Assembly (NCBI RefSeq): GCF_009914755.1
Contig: NC_060942.1
Reading direction: 5' to 3' (one strand)
DNA length: 64,000 nt
Source of the DNA: the human T2T-CHM13v2.0 reference genome, Homo sapiens
Positions 40,431 through 54,000 of the stretch are shown piece by piece. Under the pieces are notes generated by a model. That model saw only the letters and a list, made by a program, of their open reading frames with translations. It was not told where the DNA came from and ran no database searches. Position 1 is the first letter of the stretch; every line of letters begins with the position of its first letter. A program made the translations under genes and the position numbers.

Positions 40431-43400
40431 TCAGGGGATGACATCAGTAGCATCACTTTAGGGAAGTGTTTCAAAAGAGGTAACACTTTAGGTACTACAA
40501 GATAAACTTATAAAACACTGTAGATCAACATGATGTTTCCTGAATCCCCAGGTTCAAGTGAAAAAAGAAGAAAGAAGTAAGCCACATCTCTATTAGTGCT
40601 ATCTGAACACAAAGTGCTTCTTGGTGGGTCAATTCCAACATTTCTTTAAAATTGCCAGAATTAAAGTCACAAGAGATTCTGTAACTGTAGACAGATTTTT
40701 TTTTTTTTTACCTGTACTTTCAGTATTGTAAGGACAATAATTTCCCACTGTCTTTCCTCAAAGAGTTTAACTTAAAATTTCCTATGGCCACCAAGATCAC
40801 AGTCAAGGTTACAAAATCCAAGTATTCTGGGCTGAACACTCTTACAAGCATCCTATTTCTTCCTGGAACTTTGCCATAAGCAGAGGCCAAGGCTCAAGCA
40901 GGATTTCCTGCCTTCACCCAAAATTTCCAAGCTCTTTTGAGTTGAATTCCTATGCTGCAGCTTTTTACTTAAAAATAGTTTGAGACAACTGAATGAATTC
41001 TAAAACCTACTTGTAGGGGGAAAATGAGAGTGGGAGAGAAAAGGAAGACGAAATGGAGAGAAAGAGGAGAAAAAAAGAAGAGAGAGAGATCCTTTAGCCA
41101 ATGGATTCAACCCAACTTCTTTATCCACCCACCCACTCCAGAGTAAACACATTGCTATCTTTTTCAGAGGGAAATTTCCATGTGCCAATGTCAAAGCTTT
41201 GAGAACTCAACCTCTGGACAATAATTGTGTCTTAAAGCAGATAACTTGGCAAATCTATGAGACTCTTCTAATCCCACAAAAGTTACAATAGCTAGTGCAT
41301 TTTTTCAGGTCTGTGACTGAGTAGACACATATTTATTTCCCAAAACATTCAGCCTAGTGAGCTTAAGGAAGTTTTCATGTTTAAGACAGTGCTCTACCAA
41401 GAATCAAATACTCCTTAATTCAAATCCCTGGAAGTGTAGAAATGTGTACAGTGTTCTGTTTACAGTCCTTAAATATAACCTAATTAATTTGTGACCAGTA
41501 GTTCCTATCTGCATCCTTATCAAAATCAAAAAGTATTATAAATTTTTTATTCTCCCTAGGTTTTGAAATCATTTAGAAAGAAGGAAAAAAGATGAAAGAA
41601 ATGAGTAAAGGAATATAGAAAGAAAAAAAAGAAAAAGGAGATAATGAGAGATAGACAGAAATACTCCCCAAATTGAGGGAGGAGAGCTTCCCTACACAAT
41701 CCCTTCTATAGCAAGTGCTTGCTTATCCTACCGTGTAATTTGATGATATGCTCTTCTGTCCTTTGATATTCCATAAGATCTTGAGACTCAAATATAAAAA
41801 TAAGGGATGGAACTTCTCTATTGAATTCAAGACCTTTTCTACAAACATTTATGAACAAAATCTCCAGTTTAGCAAATAAATTACCAGTAATATTTTCTAA
41901 GACAATCTCCAAATCTTGCCTTAAGATAAACTCTTATAAGTAATATTATGGGAACAATATATATATAAAGGTTTTTAAAGCTGTTATTATATACTAGTAC
42001 ATTTTCCCCCTTTGTCAATATTAATATTAACAGTATCTTTGAGATATTAGGTCATCTTATTTAGAGGCAATATTTATTAGTATATTTTTGAGAATGTCAT
42101 TATTCTTCTTCAAGAGCTGAATTTTATGTGATTTAACTTAATCTGAAGTAACTCCAAAAGAATTAATTACCAGTGTTATAATGGGTAGCAGTCACTAAAA
42201 TGAAATGTTTCTGGAAATTTTGGCTGCAAGCTGAGTCCTAGGAAGTCATACCTAAAAGAGACCTGAATAGCTCCATCGATTTCATGTTAATGATTTGCAT
42301 ATGGGGTTGTTTTAATAAAGCTTATGTAAAAGACAAAACATAATTCTGGCATTGTTAAAAATAATCTACCACATATTTAATTCTATGAAAATTACATTTA
42401 ACTTTCAGTGCATCTGAATGCTTTGAATTTTTCTGTATTCCAATATGATTCACTTCCTTAATTTAGTAAGTCTGCCACAATGAATCAAATTATTTGTTCC
42501 TGATGATTTGTGTTGTTGTATAGTTGATGCTTCTTCTGCTTTGGTTCACCAATCGCAGCCTTGAATCCAGAGCCTTTGTCTTCCTGGTGCTATTTCTGCA
42601 CTCCCTCATTACTGTCATGGCTTATGTCCACCTAAATGTGAGGTAACCATTTAGAATTCTTAACTACAAGAAATTCAGGGAAAAAAAATATTCTAAAGAT
42701 CCTTCAGCTTAATATGTTAATACTGAATTGATCTTTTAATACCTGACTACCCACTGTCTACTATTCCATCAGTGTTGACAATCCCTGTTAATAAAGCACT
42801 GACAGTTCACCCAGTTCCCTCTTTCCTTGCCTCTCAAATCACATTCATTTTCCTCATTTCTGACCCACTGTCTACATCATGACCAAATTGCTTTTATTTA
42901 TTTCCTTCTCTCACTATTTTAGGAAGGACACTCTTATTTACTGTTACATCTGAAACTCCCTTTCCCCACCCAGAGACAAGAGAAAGCATAAGTGAAGGGG
43001 GTTTCCCCATGACAATCAGCCAGAGACTCTCTTTACCTACTTAGAGGCACCAGGTGGGCCAGCCTGAGGACGCCCCTTCTTCCGCCTCAGGAAGCACTAG
43101 CGGGAACTAATCTGAGCCCCAGAAATACAAGATAAACCACACAGACCAAAATGGCACCACAGAGGCTATGAAAATTAAGTTCTCACTGGAACCAGAGCTT
43201 AAAAAGTAGGCTAGGCCATACATGCCAAGCCTAAATAAAGTGACTGCATTAAAAAATAAAATATTTTAAAGGGACTCAGAGACTCCTAACATAATAGTCA
43301 AAATGTCCAGGATATAATAAAAAATCACCTGCTTATCACACCAAGAAAAAAAAACTATATGTTGAATGTGAAAAGTCAATCTGTTGATGCTAACACCAAG

Positions 43401-43959
43401 ATGAATCAAGATGAAACATCCATCATAAAAAAAATTTCAATAAGCAATTACAATATCTCTTAAGAACAACCTCAGCAAAGAAGAAGTCATAAAAAAGAAC
43501 CAGAGGGAAAATAGAACTGAAAAGCACAACAATAAAATTTTTTACATAGTAGAGTGAAGACAGAAGATAGAATCAGTGAACAAGATTGATCAATAATTTT
43601 TAATAAACTTACCCAGGCTGACCAACAGAGAGAAGATAGAGTAAAAAAAAAAAAAATGAACAGAAATTCAGGGACTTAGGGCCAATAACAAAATACCCAA
43701 CATTTTTATCACATCCTCTCAGAAGAGGAAGAGAAAACCTGTGGATCTGAAAGAACATCCAAGGAAATAATGGATAAAAACTTCCTGGATTTGGTGAATA
43801 CTCTAAACCTACAGATTCAAGAAACTGAATAAAACCCCCATAAGATGACCCCAAATAAATCCATGCCCAGTCACATTATAATTAAATTGCTGAATACTAC
43901 GGACAAAGCAAAACACATAAAATTAATCAGAAAGAAATGTCACGTGGCCTATAGGTGAG

Positions 43960-44386
43960 CATTGTGGTTGTGAATGCTAGTTCTTCCAAACTGATGTTTA
44001 AACTTCATCTCCAATGCAGCAGTATTGAGAGGTGGGGCTTTTAAGAGGTGATTGGGTAATGAAGACTCTGCCCTCATGAATGGATTAATCCAATGATGGA
44101 TTAATAAATTAGCATTTTAGTGGATTAATGTGTTGTTATGAGAGTGGGGATGGAGGCGGCTTTATAAGAAGGAGAACTGAGCACACTCAGCCCCCTCGCC
44201 ACGCGATGCCTTCTGCTGCCTTGGGAATCTGAAGAGACTCCCCGGCAGCAAGAAGGCCCTCACCAAATTTGGCCCCTCAGCCTTGGACTTCTCAGCCTCT
44301 GCAACTATAAGAAATACTTTTTTTCCTTTATAACTTACCCAGTTTCAGGAATTCTGTTATAAGAAACAAAAAGAAGGACTAAGGAA
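43960..44386 (+). mobile_element. MSTC-like MaLR solo LTR inserted in L1 ORF1
   Basis: 'tgccctcatgaatggattaatcca', 'cactcagccccctcgccacgcgatgcc', 'cagcaagaaggccctcacc' and 'ttctgttataag...ggactaag'. Confidence 0.9.
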
Positions 44387-44526
44387 GAGAACAGGAGTTC
44401 AAATTACAACAGATTTCCCAGTGAAATCATGGAGGCCAAAGGGAAGTGGCATAACACTTTTCAAGGCTAAAAGAGAAATGTCAACATGTAAAGCTATCCT
44501 TCAAGGGGAAGTATAAACATTCTCAT

Positions 44527-44610
44527 AGCTACCTGGGAGACAGATACAGGAAGATCACTTGAGCCTAGGAGTTCACAGCCAGCCTGGGGAACACAGTGAA
44601 ATCCCATCTC

Positions 44611-44655
<45 letters not shown>
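44527..44655 (+). mobile_element. Alu monomer fragment (FLAM/AluJ-like) with (TAA)n tail
   Basis: 'agctacctgggaga...gaagatcacttgagcctaggagttc...cagcctggggaacacagtgaaatcccatctc' followed by a (AAT)n run at 44611-44653. Confidence 0.85.
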
Positions 44656-45848
44656 GAAAAAGGGGGAAGGAAATTCTGACTGTCAGATACTGTCTTCAGA
44701 CACGAATAAAGTTAATCTTTCAAACAGAAAGAAAATGTTAAAAAGAAGGAATTTTGAGGTATCAGACAGAAAGAACAATGTAAAAAGCAAAAGTATGGGA
44801 GCATGTAACAGACTATCCTTTTTCTCATGAGTTTTCTAAATAATATGTGATGGGTTAAACAAAGATTATAACACAATCTGACACTCAAAAAATGATATTT
44901 AAATGTGGAGAAGGTAAAGAGACATAAATAAAAATAAAGTTTCCTCATCTCATACAAAGTAGTAAAATGTTAATACCAGTAGACTGTGATGTCACACATA
45001 TATATTCTAACATTCAGAGCAATATCAAGAAAACTATACAAAGAGATATACTCAAAGATACTATAAATAAATCAAGATTGAATTCTATAAGGTATTTAAG
45101 TAATGCACAGGAAGGCAAGAAAATAGGACTGATGGACAAAAAAGGAAACAAACAGAATATAAAATACAAAATGGTAGATCTAAATTTTATTATATCAATA
45201 ATTACTCTAAATGTAAATGTTCTAAATGTAACAAGCAAAAGGCAGAGATTGACACAGTGGATAAAAAACATAGGACCCAAATATATGTTACTTAAAAGAA
45301 ATTCATTTACAATTCAAATGCATAGATTAAAAGGATAGAAAAAGATAAATCATGCAAACATTTATCCAGGAAAAGTAGGAATCATTATATTAATGTCAGA
45401 TAAAGTAAACTTCAGAGAAGAGAAAATTACTAGAGACAAAGAGGGAATTTACAAAATGATAAAAGGATAAATCTACCAAAAAGATATAATAATCCTAAAT
45501 GTGTATGCACCAAACAACAGAGCCTCAAAATATATGAAGCAGAACCTGATATAACTGAAAGGAAAAATAGACAAATCCACAATTTAGTTGCGGACTTCAA
45601 CACCACATTCTATGCAAATGATAGAACTACTAGACAGAAAATCAGCATGGATATAAATCTAAGTGATACAATCAACCAGCAGGACACATATAGAAGACTC
45701 CAGCCAACAACAGCAGAATAATACATGGTATCTGTATGCTTTGTTTTGTTTTCTTTTGTTTTGTTTTCAAGCATCCATGGAACAGTTACCAAGAAAATGA
45801 AAGAAAATATATATATCCTAATATGCTAGACCATAAAATAAAACGTAA

Positions 45849-46149
<301 letters not shown>

Positions 46150-48554
46150 ATTTTCTGATCATATAAAATTCCATTCATAATTTTTTTAATACTCTCAGAC
46201 TTACATCTAACATCATATTTAATGATAAAAAGCTCAATAACATTCTCCTGAGATCAAGAACAAGGCAAGGATGTCCACTCTCACCACTCTAATTCAACAC
46301 AGAATTGGCAATTCTGATAACTGCAATAAGGCATGAAAAAAATACATAAAAAGCACATCAATTGAAAAGAATGAAGAAAACTAGCCCTATTTACAGATTA
46401 CATTATTTTCTACATAGGTAATTTCAAAGAATATACAAGAAAACACCTAGAACTGAAAGCTGAGTTCATCAAGTCTACAAGGTACAATTTCAATACCAAA
46501 AACAAAATCAATCATATTTTGAAATATTAACAATAAGCATATGAGAATCAGAATTAAAAACCTAGTATCATTTGCAATTAAGCCAAAGAAAATGATATAT
46601 TTAAGTATAACCTTAAGAAAACACATGTAGGCTCCACATACTAAAAATTTTTAAATACACATGAAAGAAATAGAAGAAGACCTAAGCAAATGGAGCCCTC
46701 GTGTTCTACAAGAATCAACATAATAAGATGTCAGCTCTCCTCAGTTTGATCTATAGCTTTAATGCAATTTCTATCAAAATCCCAGCAAGGTTTTGTGTAG
46801 ACATAGACAAGTCTATTCTAAAATTTACATGAAAAAGTACAGGTTGTAGAATAGCTAAAATAATCTTGGAAAAAAAAATAATGTAGGAGTAATTGCTCTT
46901 CCCAGTTTTTTTGGTAAGTTTTCCCAATATTAAGCTTCCTCTACAGCTACAGTAATCAAGGCAGCACAGATTTGGCAGAGGGATAAACAGATCAATGAAA
47001 AAGCAAAGAACTCAAATGCACACAAACATACCCAATGATTTTTGACAAAGGTGCAAAAGTAATTCATGGAAAAAAGTATGGCCTTTTTAACAAATTGTGT
47101 TAAAACAACTGGACCACCATAGGCAAAAAAATGAATAAGCCTCAATGTAAACTTCATACAATAACTAAACCACCTCCAACAGATCATAGACTCAAAAGTA
47201 AAACATAAAACTATAACTCTTTTAGAAAAAAATAGGCAGAAATTTTCAGGATCTAAGGCTAGGCAAAAAGTTATTTGACTTAACACCAAAAGTACAATTC
47301 ATAAGAGGAAATATTGACAATTCATAAAAGGAAATATTGACAAATCAAAATTTTAAAATTTTTGCTCTGTGAAAGATCTTGTTAAGTGAATAAAGAAAAT
47401 AACGTACAGGCTTAGAGTAAATATTTGCAAACCACATATCTTTTAAATGTCTAGTATATATAGCATCTCAAAACTCAAAAGTAAGGAAAAACAATGTAAA
47501 CTGAAAATGGGCAAAAGTCATGAACAGACATTTCACCCCAGAGGATATGCAGATGGCAGATAAGCACATGAAAAGATTTTCAGCCACAGGAGCCATTAGG
47601 GAAATGCAAATTGAAACCACCATGAGCAATCTCTGCACCCTATCAGAATGGCTAAAAGATAAAAGAGTGAAAACACCAAGGACACAAAAAAAAAACCCTG
47701 ATCATTTATACATTGCTGGTGGAAATGTAAAATGTACAGACCCTCTGAAAAACAGTTTGGCAGTTTCCGACAACACTAAACATACAATTACTATGTTGCC
47801 CGGCAATTATACTCTTTGACATTTGTCCCTGAGAAATAAAAATTTATTCACGCACAAACCTCTACAGGAATATTCCTAACTCAGATGTCCTTCAGTGAGT
47901 GAATGGTTCTGCAAACTGCAGTGCATCCATACCATGAAATACTACTCAGTCATGAGAAAGGAATGAATTATTGATACATGCAACAACTTAGATGAATCTT
48001 CAGGAAATTTTGTTGAGAGTGAAAAGCCCACCCAAGAGGTTATAAACAGCGTGATTTCATTTATATAGCATTCTTGAAATGACAAAATTATAGAAATAGA
48101 GGGAAGATTAGTAATTGGCAGGAGTTAGGGATGCCAGGGGAGAGGGGCTGCAGTGAAGAAGGTTTGTTTAGAAAAGGGTGACATGAGGGAGTCTTGTGCT
48201 GATGGAACTGTTCTGTAGTCAGTCTGTGGTGATAGATATACGAACCTACACATGTGGCAAAATTGCATAGAACTAAACACGCACACACATCACCCAAAAA
48301 TGAGTACAAGTGAAACTGAGAAATCAGATTAAGGTCTGTGGATTGTGTGAATATCAATATCCTTGCTGTGATATTGTCCTATGGTTTTGCAAGATTTTAC
48401 CATTGGAAAAATTGCATGATGAGTAAAAAGGATCGCTATGTTATTTCGCAGAGCTGCATGTGCATCTACTGCTTTTGTAAAATAAATAGTTTAATTTGTT
48501 AAGAAGATATTGCAAAAGGGAAGAAATAAAGAGAAAATTAAGAAATTGCCAGTA

Positions 48555-48760
48555 GGATTAGAGAATTAGAGACGGTTCAAGTAATAGAAAGAAGATAATA
48601 TCGTTAGGTCTTAATTGATTTGGACACGGGGAATAAAAAGGAGAGAGAATTGAGGATGGAGCCCGAGTTTCACGGCCCCAGAAATGGGTGTCTGCAGGTG
48701 CCACTAACCAAGAAAGAACAGCCTGAACACGTTGGGTGGGGACTGTGCATTCAGCTGGCA
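48555..48760 (-). mobile_element. L2 fragment (appears to resume at about 50140-51000)
   Basis: 'attgatttggacacgggg', 'gagagagaattgaggatggagcccgagtttc' and 'ggtgccactaaccaaga'. Confidence 0.6.
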
Positions 48761-48879
48761 ACTGTAGGACAGTGTTTTGAACCCACATTTCTCTATCACT
48801 GATGTGTCCCACAGACTCCATGAGTCAGCATAGCCACAGTGGAAGGGGTGGTGCACCACAAGTATTTCACCCCACTCCC

Positions 48880-50140
48880 TCGCCTCCCATAACCCCTTCT
48901 GATCAATCACCCTGTCCTTAATTCTCCTCCCCAATGCTTCTTTAATCTGCCCATGCCCGTGTCTGTTCAATCACATGCACTCCCTCAGTTCACACCATCA
49001 CCCGTCATGTAGGGTACTTCAAAGATTCCTGGCTATTCTCCTGATCTTCAGAATCAGCCCCTTTCAATCCATTATCCCAATAACAACTAGAGTGATCTTT
49101 CTAAAATGTAAATTGAACTGTTATCTCCATTGGCTTTAGGAAAAAATGGAAAATTCTTAGGTCAGCCTATAAAGAAAGTACTAATAGGAAACATTTTTGA
49201 AATATGTGAGCCCCCCTGTATCTATTCCCCTTTCTTGAACACCCTAATCTCCTTTTAGGGAATCCCTCCCTGCATTGTGTGCATTTGGGGTAGGACGTTA
49301 ATCCAGGCACCTGCTCTTTTGCTGTGGAAGCTCAGGCGTCTCCTCCAGGCTCCAGTGGCCAGATTCCGACCCTCACTGCGTGGATACATCAAAGGGGCAG
49401 GCACTTGGCTGAGGCAAACTTTGCCAGCCAGACTCTCTCTCTCCTAAAATGTAGAATCTATGGAACAAATGCAAGAAATGAAAACCTAATGGGCATCAAC
49501 TCATTCACTCCACCCAGAAGCCCCGGGGGCCATTGGGCAATTCCTGCTACAAGACCCTCTGGAGCTTCCTGGTTTTTATCTTTCCTTTTCTTTAGTCTTC
49601 CCTTTAATCCTGTGAGCTTCCCCATATACTTCCAGCAAATATGATTTTAGCTAAGTTAGTAAGAAGCAGTTGCTGGTGCTGGTGACCAGAGAGCCCTAAC
49701 TAATATCATAACCCCTGCCCTGGCCCTTGTAAAGCTCCACTGCCATATTTCATGTTCACTCCCAGCACCACCTTCCCTCAAGTCTGTCTTGCCACTGTGC
49801 CAGACAGTTTGCAGCAGTTCTTGAATTTCCTGGATTTTGCAAACACTATGGCTTAACCTTCCAGTCTCAGCTCAGATATCACCCTCTTTGGATAGTCTCA
49901 CCTGACTAGCCCTCCCACTCCAATCTAACCTGGATTGTATATACTTCTCTTCCTATAACATCCTGTCACCATCGCCATCATGGCCATAGGAGACTGTGTA
50001 ATTTCTCGCTTCCTTGCCCAAACCCAGCTGCCAAATAGGAAATCCTTGGGGTCAGGGACTGTGTATTTTGCAACATTGTTTTCCAGGGCCTATCCCAGTG
50101 CGGACACAGTGCACATTCGGCACATCTTTGTTAAATCCGT
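48880..50140 (+). mobile_element. L2 3' region, split by an old LTR
   Basis: 'ctagagtgatctttctaaaatgtaaattga', 'gtctcagctcagatatcacc', and a 3' end 'cagggactgtgtatttt...ttccagggcctatcccagtgc...tttgttaaat'. Confidence 0.7.
49180..49706 (+). mobile_element. Old MaLR/ERVL LTR (MLT1-/LTR33-/LTR67-like)
   Basis: 3' end 'ctgtgagcttcccc...gctaagttagtaagaagcagttgctggtgctggtgaccagagagccctaactaata' is typical of ancient MaLR/ERVL LTRs. Confidence 0.55.
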
Positions 50141-51000
50141 GTGTCAAGCAAGGAAGAAGGTGGGACTGTCCTATGGACAACTGGGCTATAGAAATCTGAG
50201 TTTCAGAAAAGCGCTCAGAGCCAGAGATGAATATTTAGGTGTCATCAGAGTCGGAAACTTAATAACACTCAAAAAATAGAAACAAAAGAAAGAGGGGGCA
50301 GGGAGGGAGCAGGAAAAAGGAGAAGTCTTCCGAGAAGGGCGGAAGGGAGGGAGGGAGGGAGGAAAAGAAGGGGTAATACCATCTAGAACAGCAACATATC
50401 AAGGACAGGGATGAGGGGAATGGTCTAAATGCCTGAGAAGAAACATGAGAAGACAAGGCAGGAAGGGAGCAGAGTGCAGAGCTCAGGGAAAGCTGGAGGA
50501 AGTCAAGCATGTGTGGCCCTTCAGATGCGCCCCATAGGTAGAGAAGACTGGGTGTTTGCTTGTGAGGAAAGCATTGCCTTGGCAGGTTTGGTTGGTGGAG
50601 GTAGAAGGCGAGTTGAGGAGTGACAGTTCACTGTCAAGGACAGGAGAGAAAGAGGACAAAGATCATGGGGCTAACAGGGTTGTGGGGGTTTTCATGGGAT
50701 GAGAAAACATTGAGGAAACTGAAATGCCGGGAGGAAGGAGCCAATAGAGGATGAGAAACTGAAAACAGAAAGAAAAGTAAAAGGGGATGGTATTATGAAT
50801 GGAAAAAGATCTGCAAAAAGATGGGAAGAAAATGGATTCATGCACAAATGAAAGGGAGACACTTCGCTGAAAAGAGAGAGTAAGAGGTGAGAGTGGACGT
50901 GAACTTGAGGATTGTTGAGGGGCATACGCTTCCAGGCGTCAACGTTTCCTCTGTGTGATCAGTCATTTGTAGAAAGACTGATCTGGGCAACGTGGCAATG
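50140..51000 (-). mobile_element. L2 fragment(s)
   Basis: 'ggacaactgggctatagaaatctgagtttcagaaaag' and 'gagatgaatatttaggtgtcatcag'; purine-rich degraded L2. Right boundary uncertain. Confidence 0.55.
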
Positions 51001-54000
51001 CTTCAATAGATTGGCAAGGTGTTAAAGTTTCAGGGTGAGTAATGAAGATATTGTAATCCAAGGAGATTTTTTAAATGTTGCCAGGTATCCCTGAAAGTTG
51101 AGCAAAAATGCTGTGCCACCCAGCAGGGCTGGGTCGTTCTCTCCAGCAGACTCCAGAAGCCTGGCGTGCAGGCAGACTCCAGGGCCCGGCGTGCAGGCAG
51201 CAGAGTGGACTCCCGAGCCCTCAGGATGAGCCAGCCCAGGGATGGGCGGCAGACTTTCTGACCCCCCTTCTGTGTTTGTAAGGACTTCTGAGCTCTTGGA
51301 TGTCAGCCAACATCTAGCCAAACCCCCATTTTGCTGTATTTTTGATTCTACACAATCAGTTTCCTACAATGTTTCTAGTCTACTAACAAAGCTTATTCAT
51401 TGTCCTAGCAGCAGAAAAGATTCCAAAATTCATGTTCTCCATAATTCAGACCAAAGTCAGCACCATGGCAGGTGCGGGTAATTTGGCCAACTCGCTGGCC
51501 ATGATTCCGCATGTTGTAATCCATCATCATTATGAGCTGCATTCACGTTTCTTTCTTTGGCGTAACGTTTGAAATGCAAAGGGATTGTTAGGACAGAGAG
51601 AGATGAACCAATGAGATATCAAGACTCAAATATGTGCTTTGTTAGAAATGAAAATGGAAATATGATTCCAGGGGAAAAAGGACTTTGTTGCAACGTGGTC
51701 ACACACTCCTTTCAAAACATGAAAAATAAATTCACCCTCAAGAAAAAGAAGAAAAATGAATCTGACAGATTCATTCTCTCCTATCTTGAGGTTTCTCCTC
51801 TGAGCCTATGCATCAAGGATCAGTCTGAACAAGCAAGGCCATGCCGTCAGGAAAGATAGCCTGCGCTTGCATTGTTCCGAATGTGTCCTCTCTTGGATAG
51901 TCAGTGCTTTTAACTCAAATGTGATTAAGTGGCTTGTCCCAGAAATGAAAAAAAGTCAGCTTCCAGCCTAAACACAAATAGATTATAGACTCTGTTAGTA
52001 TCACTCTCATTCCCTACGTTCACTACAAATTTGAATTTTCATACCTTTGATTATATTTCTAATGCAGCAGGGAAACAAATATCCCACAGTTGTCCATTAA
52101 TTACAAATTCTTTCTTGTAGTCTTTTGACGTGTGGCAGAATTATGCATTCTGGACTGCAGTAGAATTATAGAATATGGGCAGAGATTTTCCAGATTATCA
52201 GGCCAATGCCCTGAGATTGTAGATGAAGGAAGGGATGTGCACAAGGCCCACAGCTAGGTTTTTCCTACCGGGACAGTTTCCACCACATCACACTGCCCAT
52301 TAGCTGGAACACAAAGAAATTTAAGCACCTCGATTTAGCTGACATCTGTCTTTGATTGCTTTTATCAGGTAGATTTTTCACGTACCAAAATGTACATATG
52401 GATAAACCATGACTAGGACACAGGAGCCACTCAATAAATACTTGTTAAATGCTTCCTGAAATCGGTGCACATGAGAACCCCTTTGATCTCATTGGGAGTC
52501 TCAATCACAAATGACTTTCAGACATAAAAGAAATCTTGACAGCGTCGCTAAGGATCATAATACAGTTTGTCAATTTGTTACAGAATTATCCTGACCATTT
52601 CCGAACCAAATTTTGGAATACTAAGTCTAACAATGGACTTTTCTGATTTATGAACTAATTGATATAAATATTCATCATTTCATTATACTGTTAGTGAATC
52701 GTTTTACTGGAAAATTTTTAAATTACTTGGAGTCAGAACTATCTCAGAATGTACAAAATATCTATAAGGCAAGATCACAAGATCCAATCACAAGTCAGAG
52801 TTAAACAACTTGAACTTCACGATGCTCATTTTTGAGTCATACTCATCTCCAAAGGGATATGATTTGGAAAATTGCACAGCACTCAAATTTACCATGTAAT
52901 GTATAACTCTCCACGCATACACCAGTTCAAAGAGAGAGATCGATGGTATAATATCATTATCTTAAGCCTACTATAATTTGCCATTAATTTCATCTTTCTC
53001 TTACATATGGAGAGAAGTAAGGTCCATTCATAATGTCATAGCATGGTTTAATCCCTTCTCATTAAATAGTTTTTAGCCCATGGATCCATTTTTGAGTATT
53101 TATCTTGTAATCTGCCAGGCTACACAAAGACTGTGAGGTTTTCCTGATGGATATCCAGGCCACCTTCTTACCTATGAAAATCAAGTGTCACATTCACTGT
53201 TACTCCCCAGATGGAAAGCTACAATACACCTTAACAATTTTAGATAGATTTCCAAGTCAAGACCGTATCAAGATGATATAAAAAGTTTGAAGATGTCTGA
53301 AGAAATAATGAAATCACAACATTCTTCTTTCTTCCAAGGTACACAAATCGGCTAATTATTACTGTGCTGAACTCACTGCCCGGAAATGTTGTATGTCTAG
53401 AAATAGAAGCCAGTCACTTATAACATAGAAGCTACAGAAAGGATGACTGATTGGGACTGGGAAAGGGGGTACTTCAAGCTTATTTTCCAAAAGAAACTCA
53501 GGAGGAAGCATTTAGAAGAAGCCGGCTCCACCTAGCTTTCCTACTAACCTGTTACTAGCTAGCCGCTTAAGTCAGATAACCTCCCGTGTCCTCCCATGCA
53601 GGAGAGTGACAAACTCAGAAGGGAAGTAAAATTATGGCGAACTTCCAGCGCCAATATTCTATGGTTTGCTATGTTTCAAATTTAGTGCACAATGTGAAAA
53701 TGTTATTTAAAACCGATGTTGGTGAAGACACAATAATGGCTGACAGAAAACAGGTGTCCCACACGCCTGTGTTGGACGAGTAGCCAGTGTGGACAAGACA
53801 GGGCCCACAGACCAGGGTGTCAGCTGCTGAGGAGCCCCTGAGTGGTCTCCCTTGAGTACCCAGAGAAAACCCCGGGTGTCTCTGGAGAGGGGCCGGCCCG
53901 ACACGACATGACATAAGCGAGCATCAGCACATGCTTTCGTTTTTATGAGAAATGCCTTCCCCTAAAACACTGTGGGGACTTCCTACAGGGCTTGTATTTT

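Noticed and set aside
43063-43091. Hairpin CCTGAGG...CCTCAGG
   Set aside because: Short stem inside an L1 5' UTR relic; no evidence of an RNA gene.
47294-47345. 23-bp tandem duplication in L1 ORF2 (similar micro-duplications at 18207-18237 and about 27428-27456)
   Set aside because: Ordinary slippage duplications in neutral sequence.
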